A stretch of DNA of 64,000 bases from Phoronis australis (taxonomy: Eukaryota; Animalia; Phoronida): the NCBI GenBank assembly GCA_002633005.1, contig NMRA01000007.1, forward strand, positions 820,362 to 884,361, written 5' to 3'. Below are positions 49,401-61,400 of this stretch, one piece after another (positions within the stretch are counted from its first letter, which is position 1; every line of letters begins with the position of its first letter). The translations under genes and the position numbers were made by a program. The notes under the pieces are model-generated. The model did not search any database. It saw only the letters and a program-made list of their open reading frames with translations, and had not been told where the DNA came from.

Positions 49401-52400
49401 CGGGTGATTGCAGGCTGTCAACGATGCAATAGCACAGTCCAGTCACGTAAGATTAGTAGAGCAACTAACAAGACACAGCAAAATCCTTTTCAGTTTTTTT
49501 GTTCTCTGAAGACATAAATGGAAAAGGTGTTTCTGTCATAACTTCACACCAGTAAGAAGTCAATGATCAATGCTTTGATTTGGAACTCCACTTAACTTCT
49601 ACAAAGGCCAACAACCAACTTTGTCCATTGCAGAATGTTGCAGAGATCCCAAATTTGATTGAGTTTTTGTTATAGGTAAGTATGTGTGGTAGCTATAATT
49701 TTGTGACTGTTCCTAACTAAGGAAGATATCTATTTCAGTTATGACAACATGCAATACCCGCCAGGGCAATACATGTTAAGGACCTGCTTCTTCAAACGGA
49801 TTCTCAGGCTCGTCAAATGGATTTGTAGACACTTGAGAGGTCTTGGAAAGATGGCTACTCGGTGATTCCACAAAAACCTCGTTTGTCGGCTCATCAAAAG
49901 GGTTTGTGGATTTCGAGGCTACACTCCCAGATATAGAAGTTGAAATTTCACTAGACTGGGTTTTGGATTCGTCAACAGAGGTCAGCGACAAACGTGGCTG
50001 TGAAGGACCGTCCTCCTCTCTAAACGGATTGGATTCATCTAGCTCAAGACTGTCTTCAAAGGGATTTTTGGCGCCTGACAAAAGCAAATTGAGTGTTGCC
50101 GATAAACAGTGCCAGGCCGATGTGCTCTGTGCTTTGTGCCATGCAAATTAGACAAAATATTATAACCAATAATCTCTCCTCAATCTCGCCCAAAAATAAT
50201 TGCCACAATTGGAATTTTGCCTTTCAAACGGATGTATAAACTAGTCTTGTTCAAAATTTTAACCAAACTTTTGTTGTAGGATACGGTAAAAGCTCATCAA
50301 TATTGCATAAAAGTGTTTGCAAAAATAACTTTTTTCATTTTTCAATAGTATTTATGGCTGTGAATGCCTACAAATTTTCAAAACTTTGTCTGATAGTAGC
50401 TGTTGTACCATCACAAAACTTGAACATGGAAAAGCATGACAATTTGGTACTGCAAACATTGCATGGAAAAATGATGAAAAAAAGAAACTTCACCTGTCAG
50501 CCGCGCCTTAAACTGGAGAGATGTTACCACGGTTCTTCACCACAAACATCACTAACGATGAAGTTGCTTTTTTATCTCAACTTCTCTTTTTGCTTGACGT
50601 ACAAATTCACATATCCAAGCTACTACATGCTAAATTGAAGAGCTTTTACAACTTACACGGTACACCAACAAAAATGTGCCACAGTCTACGTACCCATCAT
50701 TGACATACTTCTAGCTTATAGCAAATAAATTGGTAATAGTTACTTACAAAGGTTCCACATTTCGAGAACCAGTTTTCTCCACTAAATACAGCACATCAAA
50801 CTGGTTCTCAAAATGTCGGACCCCTGTAAGCGACCATTGCAAAAAATGAATGATTAAAGATACCCTTTCCACTTCTTATCAGTCAAAAACTTTTTAAAAG
50901 GAAACTGACCACTAACTATCCTAGATTAAACATTTAAAGCGAATGATTGTTTTCAACACATAATCAAACGTTTTCAAAATAACTAGATCTAAATAATGAA
51001 TTATTAAAATCAGTTTTGAACTTGTGGTGATGCACCAACAAAATGGCTGCCAGAGTTGAACAACATTGAGCTTTAGTTTTAGTGAAATGCCAGTAAAATG
51101 CAATTAGATTGAGGACTACAATTAAGCATATGTTCCCATTTTACCCATGCCTCTATGAAAGTCTTTCTGTGTTGTAAACTGGTGAAAGCAGCGGAAATCG
51201 TGTCTTTAATAGTCTCACGGTACCTGTTGTATTGAAGCGGGTTTGAATCCTGGACCCAGACAATATCTACTGTTTGCATATCCCCTCATTCAGTGTAACA
51301 CAGATGAGCATAGTTTTACTATATTAAAACACATTCAGGCAATACAAGCAGAAAACAGATCATTCCAGCTACTTAGACTGAGAATTTCACTTGGAAATCA
51401 GGCAAAACAGACAAAAATACACTGTATTTAGCTGTCACGACACGGAATTTCAGGCCCCTTTGGCTGATTGTTTTTGACAAGTATTGTAATTAGTATTACT
51501 TTAATTTAAATTGCTAAAAACAGTACCATGTGATTGTCCCCTCCGTGTTGAGGATGTCAATCATGGGTACACATTTTTATGAACAAATGTGAGTCATTTA
51601 ATTAAGGCGCCATGTAAATGTTAGCCTCTGGCTAGGTTTTATGTACAAAAGATTTCATTCAAAAGCTCAGAGAAATATGTTTACTAAGCAAAAGATTTTT
51701 TGCAGAAAGTCAACAAAGCGAGTACTTTAAATAAGGTGAAGAGAGTCAAAAAGTAGAACACACATGCTACTAAGAGTTACACAACTATCACAACAAGTAG
51801 TTTACACTAAAATGAAGGGAGGAATACCAGAGACGTGAGGAGACAAGTGGGTGAATATTTCATACGGGGAACATAGACAAATCAGGGGTTATCTAAGTAA
51901 TTGCTTCTGGTTGAATATATTTCTTTTTGAAAAAAAATCCTTTTTGAAGTCATGTAGAATAGTACTAAAATAAACCATATAGAAGATTAAAAATTAGTGA
52001 ATGCTGATCTCAAACTTCTAATCAAATTGGTAAACCTTTTCTCACATCAGATTAAACGATAACGATAAAACCTTAGTTCTTATGTACGTTTGTAAAACTT
52101 CCAGTTCTATTGAAATGTATGCAACTTAGAAAGGTGAAAACTTTACATCCCATTAGTAGTCACTTGCAATTTTACAGAGCAAATGCTCGTCTGCACAACA
52201 TTCACTGAGGATCACTGCAGTAGCTTGAAATGTGCGCGTAATGTTTCTCAGATACGTAAAACAGAGCTTAAAACTTACTTTCTTGCGTATAGATTGTCAA
52301 AGGTGGAATCAAACAAAAACTCTTTGATTACAAATCAATATTTAATCCTTTCATGTATTGAGAATACCTCTAGCCATATTCCGGTCACCGAATGGATTTC

Positions 52401-55400
52401 TCTCAAGGTCATCATCAAAGTCATTGAGTAGGCCAAATTGTGAGGCCATCTCATTGATCTTGGCAGCCATGTCTTCGCTCTCCTCCGCCGCGTCCTCGTC
52501 AAAGTCGTCCAAGTTGCCAATGTCCGGCCGTCCCATACTCATCAAACTGGCTATACTCTGCATATCGTCATCCCTGAAAACGGGAAAAAGAAATGTTCAT
52601 TTTATACGCTTCCTACTCGTACCGCTCTCTTCCTTTTCCACGACTCAGTTTGCCATGAAGTTTCCAGGGTACCATTTTAATGTTTCCCAAGACCTATTTC
52701 TCAAAACAAAAAGTAGGCGCATGACAATTTTTGCCATTGATTTTTGCCCGAAGCCTAACTGAATGCATGATTAGAAGAATTTATTACCATTTGATGAAAT
52801 TTTTCATGCATGTAAACTGTTTTTGTAATTTTCCAGGTTTCCAATGATGAGTGGAAACCATGTTTTAGTTTCTCTAAATAAACATTTCCATTGAAAACTA
52901 AGCAATACAGTTGTATTTTAATGCCGTACGCTCAACTTTCAAAATACGTACTAGGCAACTTGGCTTGAACGTGTAGAACAGAACAATCTCATCATATTTT
53001 ATTTTTGAATCGTTTCAATGAAACACATTGAACAATTCATTCACGTGAAACACATACCAAGTATAATTGAACAATATTCCTTCTCATGACAAGTAACAAC
53101 CAGTCATAACTCCCCAACCTTCTGTGACTATGAATACCCTTTCACCCTGCTGGCATGACAGGAAATTTCCCTACAGTAAAAATTCTCCAGTTTGGGCTGT
53201 GAACAAGTTATTAACATTCTTAAGGTAGCAGCTTGACGTACAAAATTTTAGAAATGAGCAATATTGGCTGTCCCAAATTCAAAAACTACAAAGAAGACGG
53301 AAAAATTACCCATTCCGAATTCTGTTGCATCACCAGCAATTTTCAAAAATTTTGCCTCAAAACAAAGTGTCCAATATTTGAGAAATATTGTCCCAAATTT
53401 CAAAATCAAGAAAATTCCATTTCAGGTTAGCGTTGAGTGCCCCAAGTTTTAGAAATTTTCCCACATTGGAGAATTTTTATAACTTGTACACAGTTGTCAC
53501 AACAAGTAATAATCCGTAATGATTTGTCTTGACCACTACTCCACCTGTGACAGCGAATTATGCGTGTTTTTGTCAGATTTCTTTACACATACTGTAGGCG
53601 TGACATACAAGTAGAACGGAATCATTTTAAACAGACAAATTAAAGCAACATAACTGACCTGAAGCAAAATTAACGTACTAAAATAATAGACATAATAAAT
53701 CAACTGTTTGATAAAATGTGAAAATTGGAACCTGCTGCGAATGGCCAGTAGTCCCAGATGAAAACTGAACACAAATATTGGTGAAATAAATGTAGTCATA
53801 TTACTGTGTCAACGAATGTGCACAATATGATAAAGACTGAAATGATCGCTTAAATTGGTACAATTCTCCAGTAAGCAATGTAATTTACAGTAGCCCCTTA
53901 GCTCAACTGCAAATTGAAATGCAGGCATACATCAGATCTAATGCAACACTATAACTAAACTAACGAACTAAACAGACAGTTACAGATGATACAGTAAAAA
54001 TTCTCCAATATGGGAAAAAAATATGGCAGACCAGAGGCAATTATTTCATGTTGTCAAATTTCCCAATAAAAACTAACTTTGCTTTAAGCATGGTTTGTAT
54101 GGTGTTATAGTAGTGATTACCAAACAATTTTGATTATTTTCAACATTTCGGTAAGCCTATCAAAATAGAAATATGGCAATTTTAGCCATTATTTTTGTCC
54201 CCAATTGAAGAAATTTTATAAACGCGGAACACGCAAACACAACAAACGCATAAAGAGAATGGATTTCAAGGAGCTTATAATGCAAACACAGGATTGCAAT
54301 CAATAAGTACGGGGGCTGTCAACACACCAGATAAACCTTCACTGCCACGAACGCAGTTACCCATGCAAACGAGACGAAACGACAATCTTTATCCCCAAAG
54401 GATCTGCTTGGGCATTCTCTTATTAACAGATTTGTTTTCTCCTGAACAACTATAATTTTGTGTCCAGGAGAAAAAATCTGTTCATCAGAAAAGACATGTG
54501 ATTCACGAGAAAAGAAATGTACTAGGGAAAAATAGAATTGAGGTTCCTGAGAGCAGAATGTTAGTTCATAAGAAACGGACTGCGTTAATGAAGAATGAAT
54601 GAAGTTTATGAAAATGCCCGAGCAGACAATAAGGACAGAAGATTATTCAGTCTGAAGAAAGAGACAAATTGACACACTGAGAACAGAAGAAATTAAAAAG
54701 AAGACTAGTATAGAGATAATATGAGAACAATTTTTTTCGAATTATTCAAGCAACAAGGCGTCTATTTAAAAACGAGACAGTGTCTGCAACAAAGACATGG
54801 TATGTCCTGAGTACTATTTCATGAAAAGTGACTTCAGGCTTAAGTCAGAAATTTTGCCTCGTGTATCCCACAACAATTTATGAAAAATAATGTAATCTCA
54901 GTTGAGCAAAGAAAGAAGTGTCAGAGAATATACACAACAGTGACAATTAATCAAATAATTCATAAATTATTGCTAAACTGCAACATGGGCGTGCTATTTA
55001 CAGTAAACAGTAAAAAGAGACAAAACCTGACTTTAAAAGACACTTTCTTGAAAAACAGGCCACAGGGGTGTACTCTAAATGGCTAACTATGTCAAAGTCC
55101 ATGCAGAGTAAATGTTGCAAGGAGAGAGGAAGGCTTGTACGGTATGAGTATGGTAGGAACAAAACTATGAAATGCCAACAGAACTGGATCGTATCGAATG
55201 CGGCTTACGTTAAACCAAAGTAGTTGTCAAGCCTATCTAGTAAAAGCAGTTATGTGAGATACTGGCATTTGTGAGATGTGCAAATAGACAACAAAATGAA
55301 CACCTAAATATTTCAAGTAATGTTGAGACGACAAAAATGAACACCTAAACACTTACAAAGCTACTTAAAACCCGCCTTCAGTAAACACTTTCAATTCAGA

Positions 55401-58400
55401 CGACTTAATAGTTATACAATTAGTCTCAAACTGTTTCGGACACAGCGTGATTTCAGTGTTTGAGAGGAACTGATAGAAGTTTGTACATTGCTCAAGGCCA
55501 GGCTCAATAGAAGGCTTGCTCCAGGTCAAGCATGGTCTCAAGCAATGACCAAATGTCAGGTCTTCTAGAAATACAGAAACCGCTTTTAATTTGAGATAAA
55601 AAGGCATCTAACGTAAGTATTACTATGACAAGTTATTTAAATCAAGATTTGGTCTTTTTCATGTTTTTGACTGAAGGCAAGATCTTACCAGCTTCAATGA
55701 AATAAACTGGAAATTCAATAACAGAACTCCCTGAAGGCCACTGCCTTAACTTTGCTGTAGTTTAACATCACGTTACCAAATCTAAACTACAATAAACATT
55801 TTAGTTGTTTTCTATTGCCAATTATGCCACAAACAAACTTGACATTAACTAATTTAGAATAAGACTATTTACAGAGACAGTAGCCCAGTGCCGAATAAAC
55901 AAGACAGCAGAAGTAGCATATGCTATGGGCCCCGCGCTTTTTTGGGCCCTGCCTTCACAGGATTTATAGATGCACCAATACAATAAACGTATGTTTTGGC
56001 TGATGCGAACCCGATTTGGGAAGTTCACGTTGTTAGCCCCACCCTTTTCAATAACTGTAGGGTCAAAGGTGCAGTGGCCCACTGAGTAAGCGATGTTCAA
56101 AGAATTGTAGGTGCTGTAATGCTGCTCAAAGCTTTTAAGCTTAAAAGCTTTCAGTCACATAAAAAACTGCAAGTCCCCAAAAGTGCAGAGGCTCATCGAG
56201 GTGCCGGGCATTGCTTGATTTTTTTAAACCTTTCTTGAATTTGCAGAGCGGAAAAATATGCAAAAATTAAAATGTGTACATTTGACAAAGGTGGCGTTCT
56301 TGATTTTATAATTGGCACAATCACGGGGCCTCTAATTAAGGGTTTGTAAATTAGCAGGAAATCCTCCAATTCCATCAACAACTATCGTTGCCCAGTAGAC
56401 ACACTATCTCGTCATGTAGAAGCAGTCTCAAATGCTTTCTTTCTCAAAAGTGAAAATTACACCTACTTTGCTTTTGCTTTGAGATAGTCGTTGTCTAAGT
56501 TTTTGAGCTGGGGCCTCGCTTGTCAACTTACGCTACAGGCCCTGCAATTGTTTAATCCGGCACTGAAGTAGCCTCTCTTTGCCAGAAAAACACTACAAAA
56601 GGTAGTAGTCGAGAAACTTTGATAGACATTCAACTACGATAACAGTCTTCCCTTCCAAGTACAAATACTTACGTTGCTTTACCCTCTCTAATGAAAACAC
56701 AAGAGAGAGTCAGCTTGAGCGACGCCGACACGACCTTCTTCGAGGCCAGTTTGAACTTGACTAGTAGGTCAACTTGCGATGGAACGTAAGTTGCGTACAG
56801 CTTCATGTTCACATTCTTACTGGCTACGACCTTCCGTCGTCCCTTCCTGTCTTGCTGCATGAACAGAAAATAAAGACGCGTGGCAAATTTCGTAGAAAAA
56901 AACACCCGAGTTATGAAACGTCGCAAAAAATTAATAGCAAACTAGATCAACAAGTCTAAAAAGTAGGGTTTATGGCTTCGTAAAAATATGTATTTTTTAA
57001 AAAAAAAGGGTGTAGCTTTCGATTTAGGCATTTATACCAGTTTGCCCTTGATTGAGACACGTGATAATGTCTCACTACTTCCCACTGTTTAAGTTGCACC
57101 CACCGTGGTCTCAAGCAATAACTAAAAGGTAATTGTTGCGAAGAAATCACTTCTAGACAATAGTTTTATCAAGGTAAGCAGTATGAATCAAAGGTTACCT
57201 TTTTCATAGAAGGCATGTTTATAACACCTTTAAACAAACTAAATATTTAAGACAAAAAACAAACTAAGCATAAATAAAGTGCATAAGTGCAAGCCTTATA
57301 CCTCCTCTATTACAAAAGTCCATTCCTTGTCTTCAAACTCCGTTGCTTTGGGATCTCTGAATAGAGTTATGTTGGTCTCAACGTTTTCCGGCACAGGCCA
57401 CATTACATGACCTTTGTAGGGGTTTTTCAGAGTTGGCTCCCATGTATGCGGCTGGAACAGACGGCACAATAGAAAGGATTAGGGACATACTCAGTGTGGA
57501 CATATTTTTACAACCAGTAGTAAGAATAGCGACTAACATTGCCATGTTAGAGCGGTAAGTGGCCTAATTCCATTTGAGAACTGTCAAAAGCAGGTGAAAT
57601 GGGGCTTCAAAGCACTGTACAGCAACACAGTTAATTTAATTTCCCGAAAACAAGAAAGAAGATATCTAATTTTCATTAAAAGTTTACAATCGGGAATTTG
57701 AACGAACAGGCTTGCACAACTGTAAGCCGAGGGGTTTATATTCGTAAAATTTTACAAATATAAGGCCATGTTTCCAAAGCCACAACTACAATTTTTCAGT
57801 GTTTGTGGGGTTTCACAAAATGAAGAGAGCATAGCCAGTGAAAAAACATAGCTTCGTTCCAGCCTCCAGTGTGTAGTCTGCATTGAGGAACTCAAAAATA
57901 CAGTCAATTTCCTGACTGCATTGACTTTCTTATTTGAGAAGTCACTTGAGTTGGTTAGCATGATAGGTGTTGTTATTACAACATTTGAAACAAAAGTAAC
58001 CAATGTGAACCAACGAAATGTGCCCATGAATGCACCACAAATGCTAAACTTCTAGGGATGTTAATATCATAAAAATGGCCACTAAATGGAGCAGGATAGG
58101 TCGAACCCCTCTGAAAATGGAAAGGCGCATTCATAGGAAAACACTTGCCAAATTTCACAAAGATCCTCCAAAGGATGAAAGAGATACAGTCGTGGACGAA
58201 AAAAATTGCCATTAGGGAGGCCACTGCACCTGCACATTTCTGAAAATCGACACCAGTCATGGTTTTCTCATCAGGAACATATCTATGAATTTTCATGATA
58301 ATCCTTTGAGCGGTTTGGTAAATAAAGAGGTGGACGGTAAAAAACAGACTGAAAATAATAAAAATGGACATTAGGGGGCGCAAAATACACCGAATCCGTC

Positions 58401-61400
58401 AAAAAATTGAAAAGCATTGTCATCCCTCTAATAGAAACTTTTTTGCCACATTCCATGAAAATCTATTTATCAACTCCGAAGATATTGAGGCAAACACAAA
58501 AAATTGTCCCAAACGGGCACAAATGTAGTTGGATTGGTCCAAAACTCATTATCATCCATAGTCAGCTTTTGTCGCCACATATCAATTAAAATTCACAAAG
58601 CTCCTACCAAGGGTTATGGAGATACGGCCACCTCAAAAATTCCTATCTGCCCCAGGGTCTTACTATCAGAAATTCCCAGTAGTGCTACAAACCACAAGGC
58701 TCTAATGATTGGCTCTCTTCGTAACACAAAGACGAGCTAAAAGTGGCAAATAAGCGTACTGGTAGACAGCCTATGGGTAAACGTGTTGGAATTTTTTTCC
58801 ATTGCTACAAGGATCAGACTGCCAAAGGATCAGACAGCCTATGACCAAAAGTGCAGGCATTTTTTCCATTGCTACAAAGAGTAACATGGCGAAAGGATCA
58901 TCAACAGCAATTCTCAAATTAATTCACGCAAAATTAATTGTCAAAATGGTAATTTTTCCGTTTTCTCAATGGCTGATTCAACTTTTTGCAAATAATGGGA
59001 ACTTAAGCTGCTCATGACAACTACACATTACAAATCATGCAGCAATAAACTAAAAGGTTTTTAATCTTTATTTTTGTAGAAAAATTTAAGAAAATAGAAT
59101 TGCTTATGTTCGCCATACTGTGTACTAAATAAGTATGGAATTACTGTTACGCGACTTCTCATTGGTTAACAGAACACAGTAAGATTGGTCGGAAAATAAC
59201 ATTCGGATTTGTAGATTATAAGGCATCAAACAAAACAACGCACTCTGCTTTTCAGGCTCATTCCAACAGCATGTTTACGAAAAACGTACAAATCAAGGCA
59301 TACGCACTGATACTCAGATTAATTTTTGCTTGTCGATCATCATCTTTTCACAAGGCCACTCTCCCATGGCGCTGTGACTGACGAAAATAAAAGCTAAACA
59401 AGTGATCCATTTTTCGGTTTAAGCATGGTATCCAAGAGCTCTTCAAAAGCTACATACCTGCGTCGACTTTCGCCGACTCCTTCGAGTCCACACAATGCAC
59501 AATTTATGAGGTTGCCTAAAAGTAAACAACAAAGCCTTACTTTTCTAAAAACAACAACGGAAAAAAACAACGGTCACCTTGCTAAGACACTGTTTTTTCT
59601 TCTGATGATGGTGTTTCAATAAACACCAAAACATGTCAAGCCAGTTTAAATCAGTAGTTGTTTTAGTGCTACTTGCTATCATGGAAAACCTTACTTCTTG
59701 TACATCAACCTACATTTACAACCCAAAAGTTGTATATTACTGTTACTGAAGGAATCTAGATTGTCTCTAGAGAGAATTTTTAAAGTGCAAGTCAATCTGC
59801 AATGCTATTATTCAGGTACTACATAAAATGCTACCCCACAGCAACTCATTGAATGCATTATCACCAAATATTCAATAGACAAGACAATCCATGGACAACT
59901 TGTACTGAACCACATACAAGATCCATCTTTGCGTGGATATGTGCAAATGGTCATAAGGGAATTCTATTGTTAAGTCTATGTTTCACAACCCATCTTAGGG
60001 AGTTGTCTACAGTCTAACACCCTAACAAGCTTGACATACTTCACTCTCAGCAGCAGGATGAGTAATGGTGTTCTTAATAACACTTCACAGCATCAAGTAT
60101 GTTTACTATTGGCTGCTCTGCCATGCCTGCTTAGTTATGGATTTTCTATGGGCAGATCACTAACGATATCTGTAAATCAAGATGCTAGAATGCAGACCGG
60201 TGACACACTTTAACAGCAAGTAACCCTTAACAATGATTTCAGATTAAACAGACTAAAACAAATCTTTAGATGGCATTTCGATAGAAAAAATTGTCTAGAT
60301 GTAAGTTCACATGAGTGATGAAAGTACATCCAGTTTTTAGTGGCAAAAATAATAGCTTTTTAACAACACAAGTGTGTTGATCAACAACACAGCTGTGTTA
60401 ATCAACAACACAGGTGTGTTGATCAGAAAGGAGATGTTGCCACCACCAAAAGCGAAACCGAAAATTATCCTATCAATAGTTTACATTGCACACGATATTG
60501 CTACAAGTGAAAGTAGCTGCAAAAATGCTTGCCCTTTAGTCAGTACGTGAACAAGGCATTGCTGTATAAGGGCATATATGTTGTGGCCAGCTTCACCTGC
60601 ATAGAGTATTAGGTGCATCCGCTTATGAGCGAACCACTCGAGTAAAACCCAGATGCAAGTTTGCGTAATTTGATATAAAACAGCAAATTTTCATTATCAT
60701 CTATTTAAATGATAAGAACTAAGAATGAATGAAAGACAAAAAAGACCTAGATCAAGGCAAATATTGTGTATGTGTATATCAGTATTTGTATGTGTAAAAG
60801 TAAGTGTACATGTATAAGTAATAAGAATGTGAGTGTGTATAAGTATGTGTATATATGTGTGTATATAAGTATTTAGTATGTGTATAAGTATGTGTATATA
60901 TGTGTATATATAAGTATTTAGTATGTGTATAAGTATGTGTATATATGTGTGTATATAAGTATTTAGTATGTGTATAAGTATGTGTATATATGTGTGTATA
61001 TAAGTATTTAGTATGTGTATAAGTATGTGTATATATGTGTATATATAAGTATTTAGTATGTGTATAAGTATGTGTATATATGTGTATATATAAGTATTTA
61101 GTATGTGTATAAGTACGTGTATGTGTATTTATGTGTACATATGGCCAACTACACCTATAACTGGTACTTAGGCTTATGCGTTTACATATGAAACAACTGA
61201 ACAAAAATTTTGAAAAAAACACATATGGCTAATACGTTCATATACAGTAGATGATTTTACACACATCAGAGCACTTATCTAGTCCATGTTTAAATAATTA
61301 CGTTAATCCAAAACTAATATTTGACAACGAGCTCATGAGGTAGGCAAGTTGTAAAAGAAGACATTTTCTTAATTCAGTTATGTCAGCTTGCTCCACAGCT

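Noticed and set aside
38202-52762. Plus-strand ORFs at 38202, 42397, 43516, 44085-44857, 46089, 48078, 49843 and 52358
   Set aside because: Antisense shadows of EHBP1 exons with no independent protein signal.
60779-61222. 147-aa His/Thr/Tyr-rich ORF
   Set aside because: Translation of the 45-bp TA/TG minisatellite.
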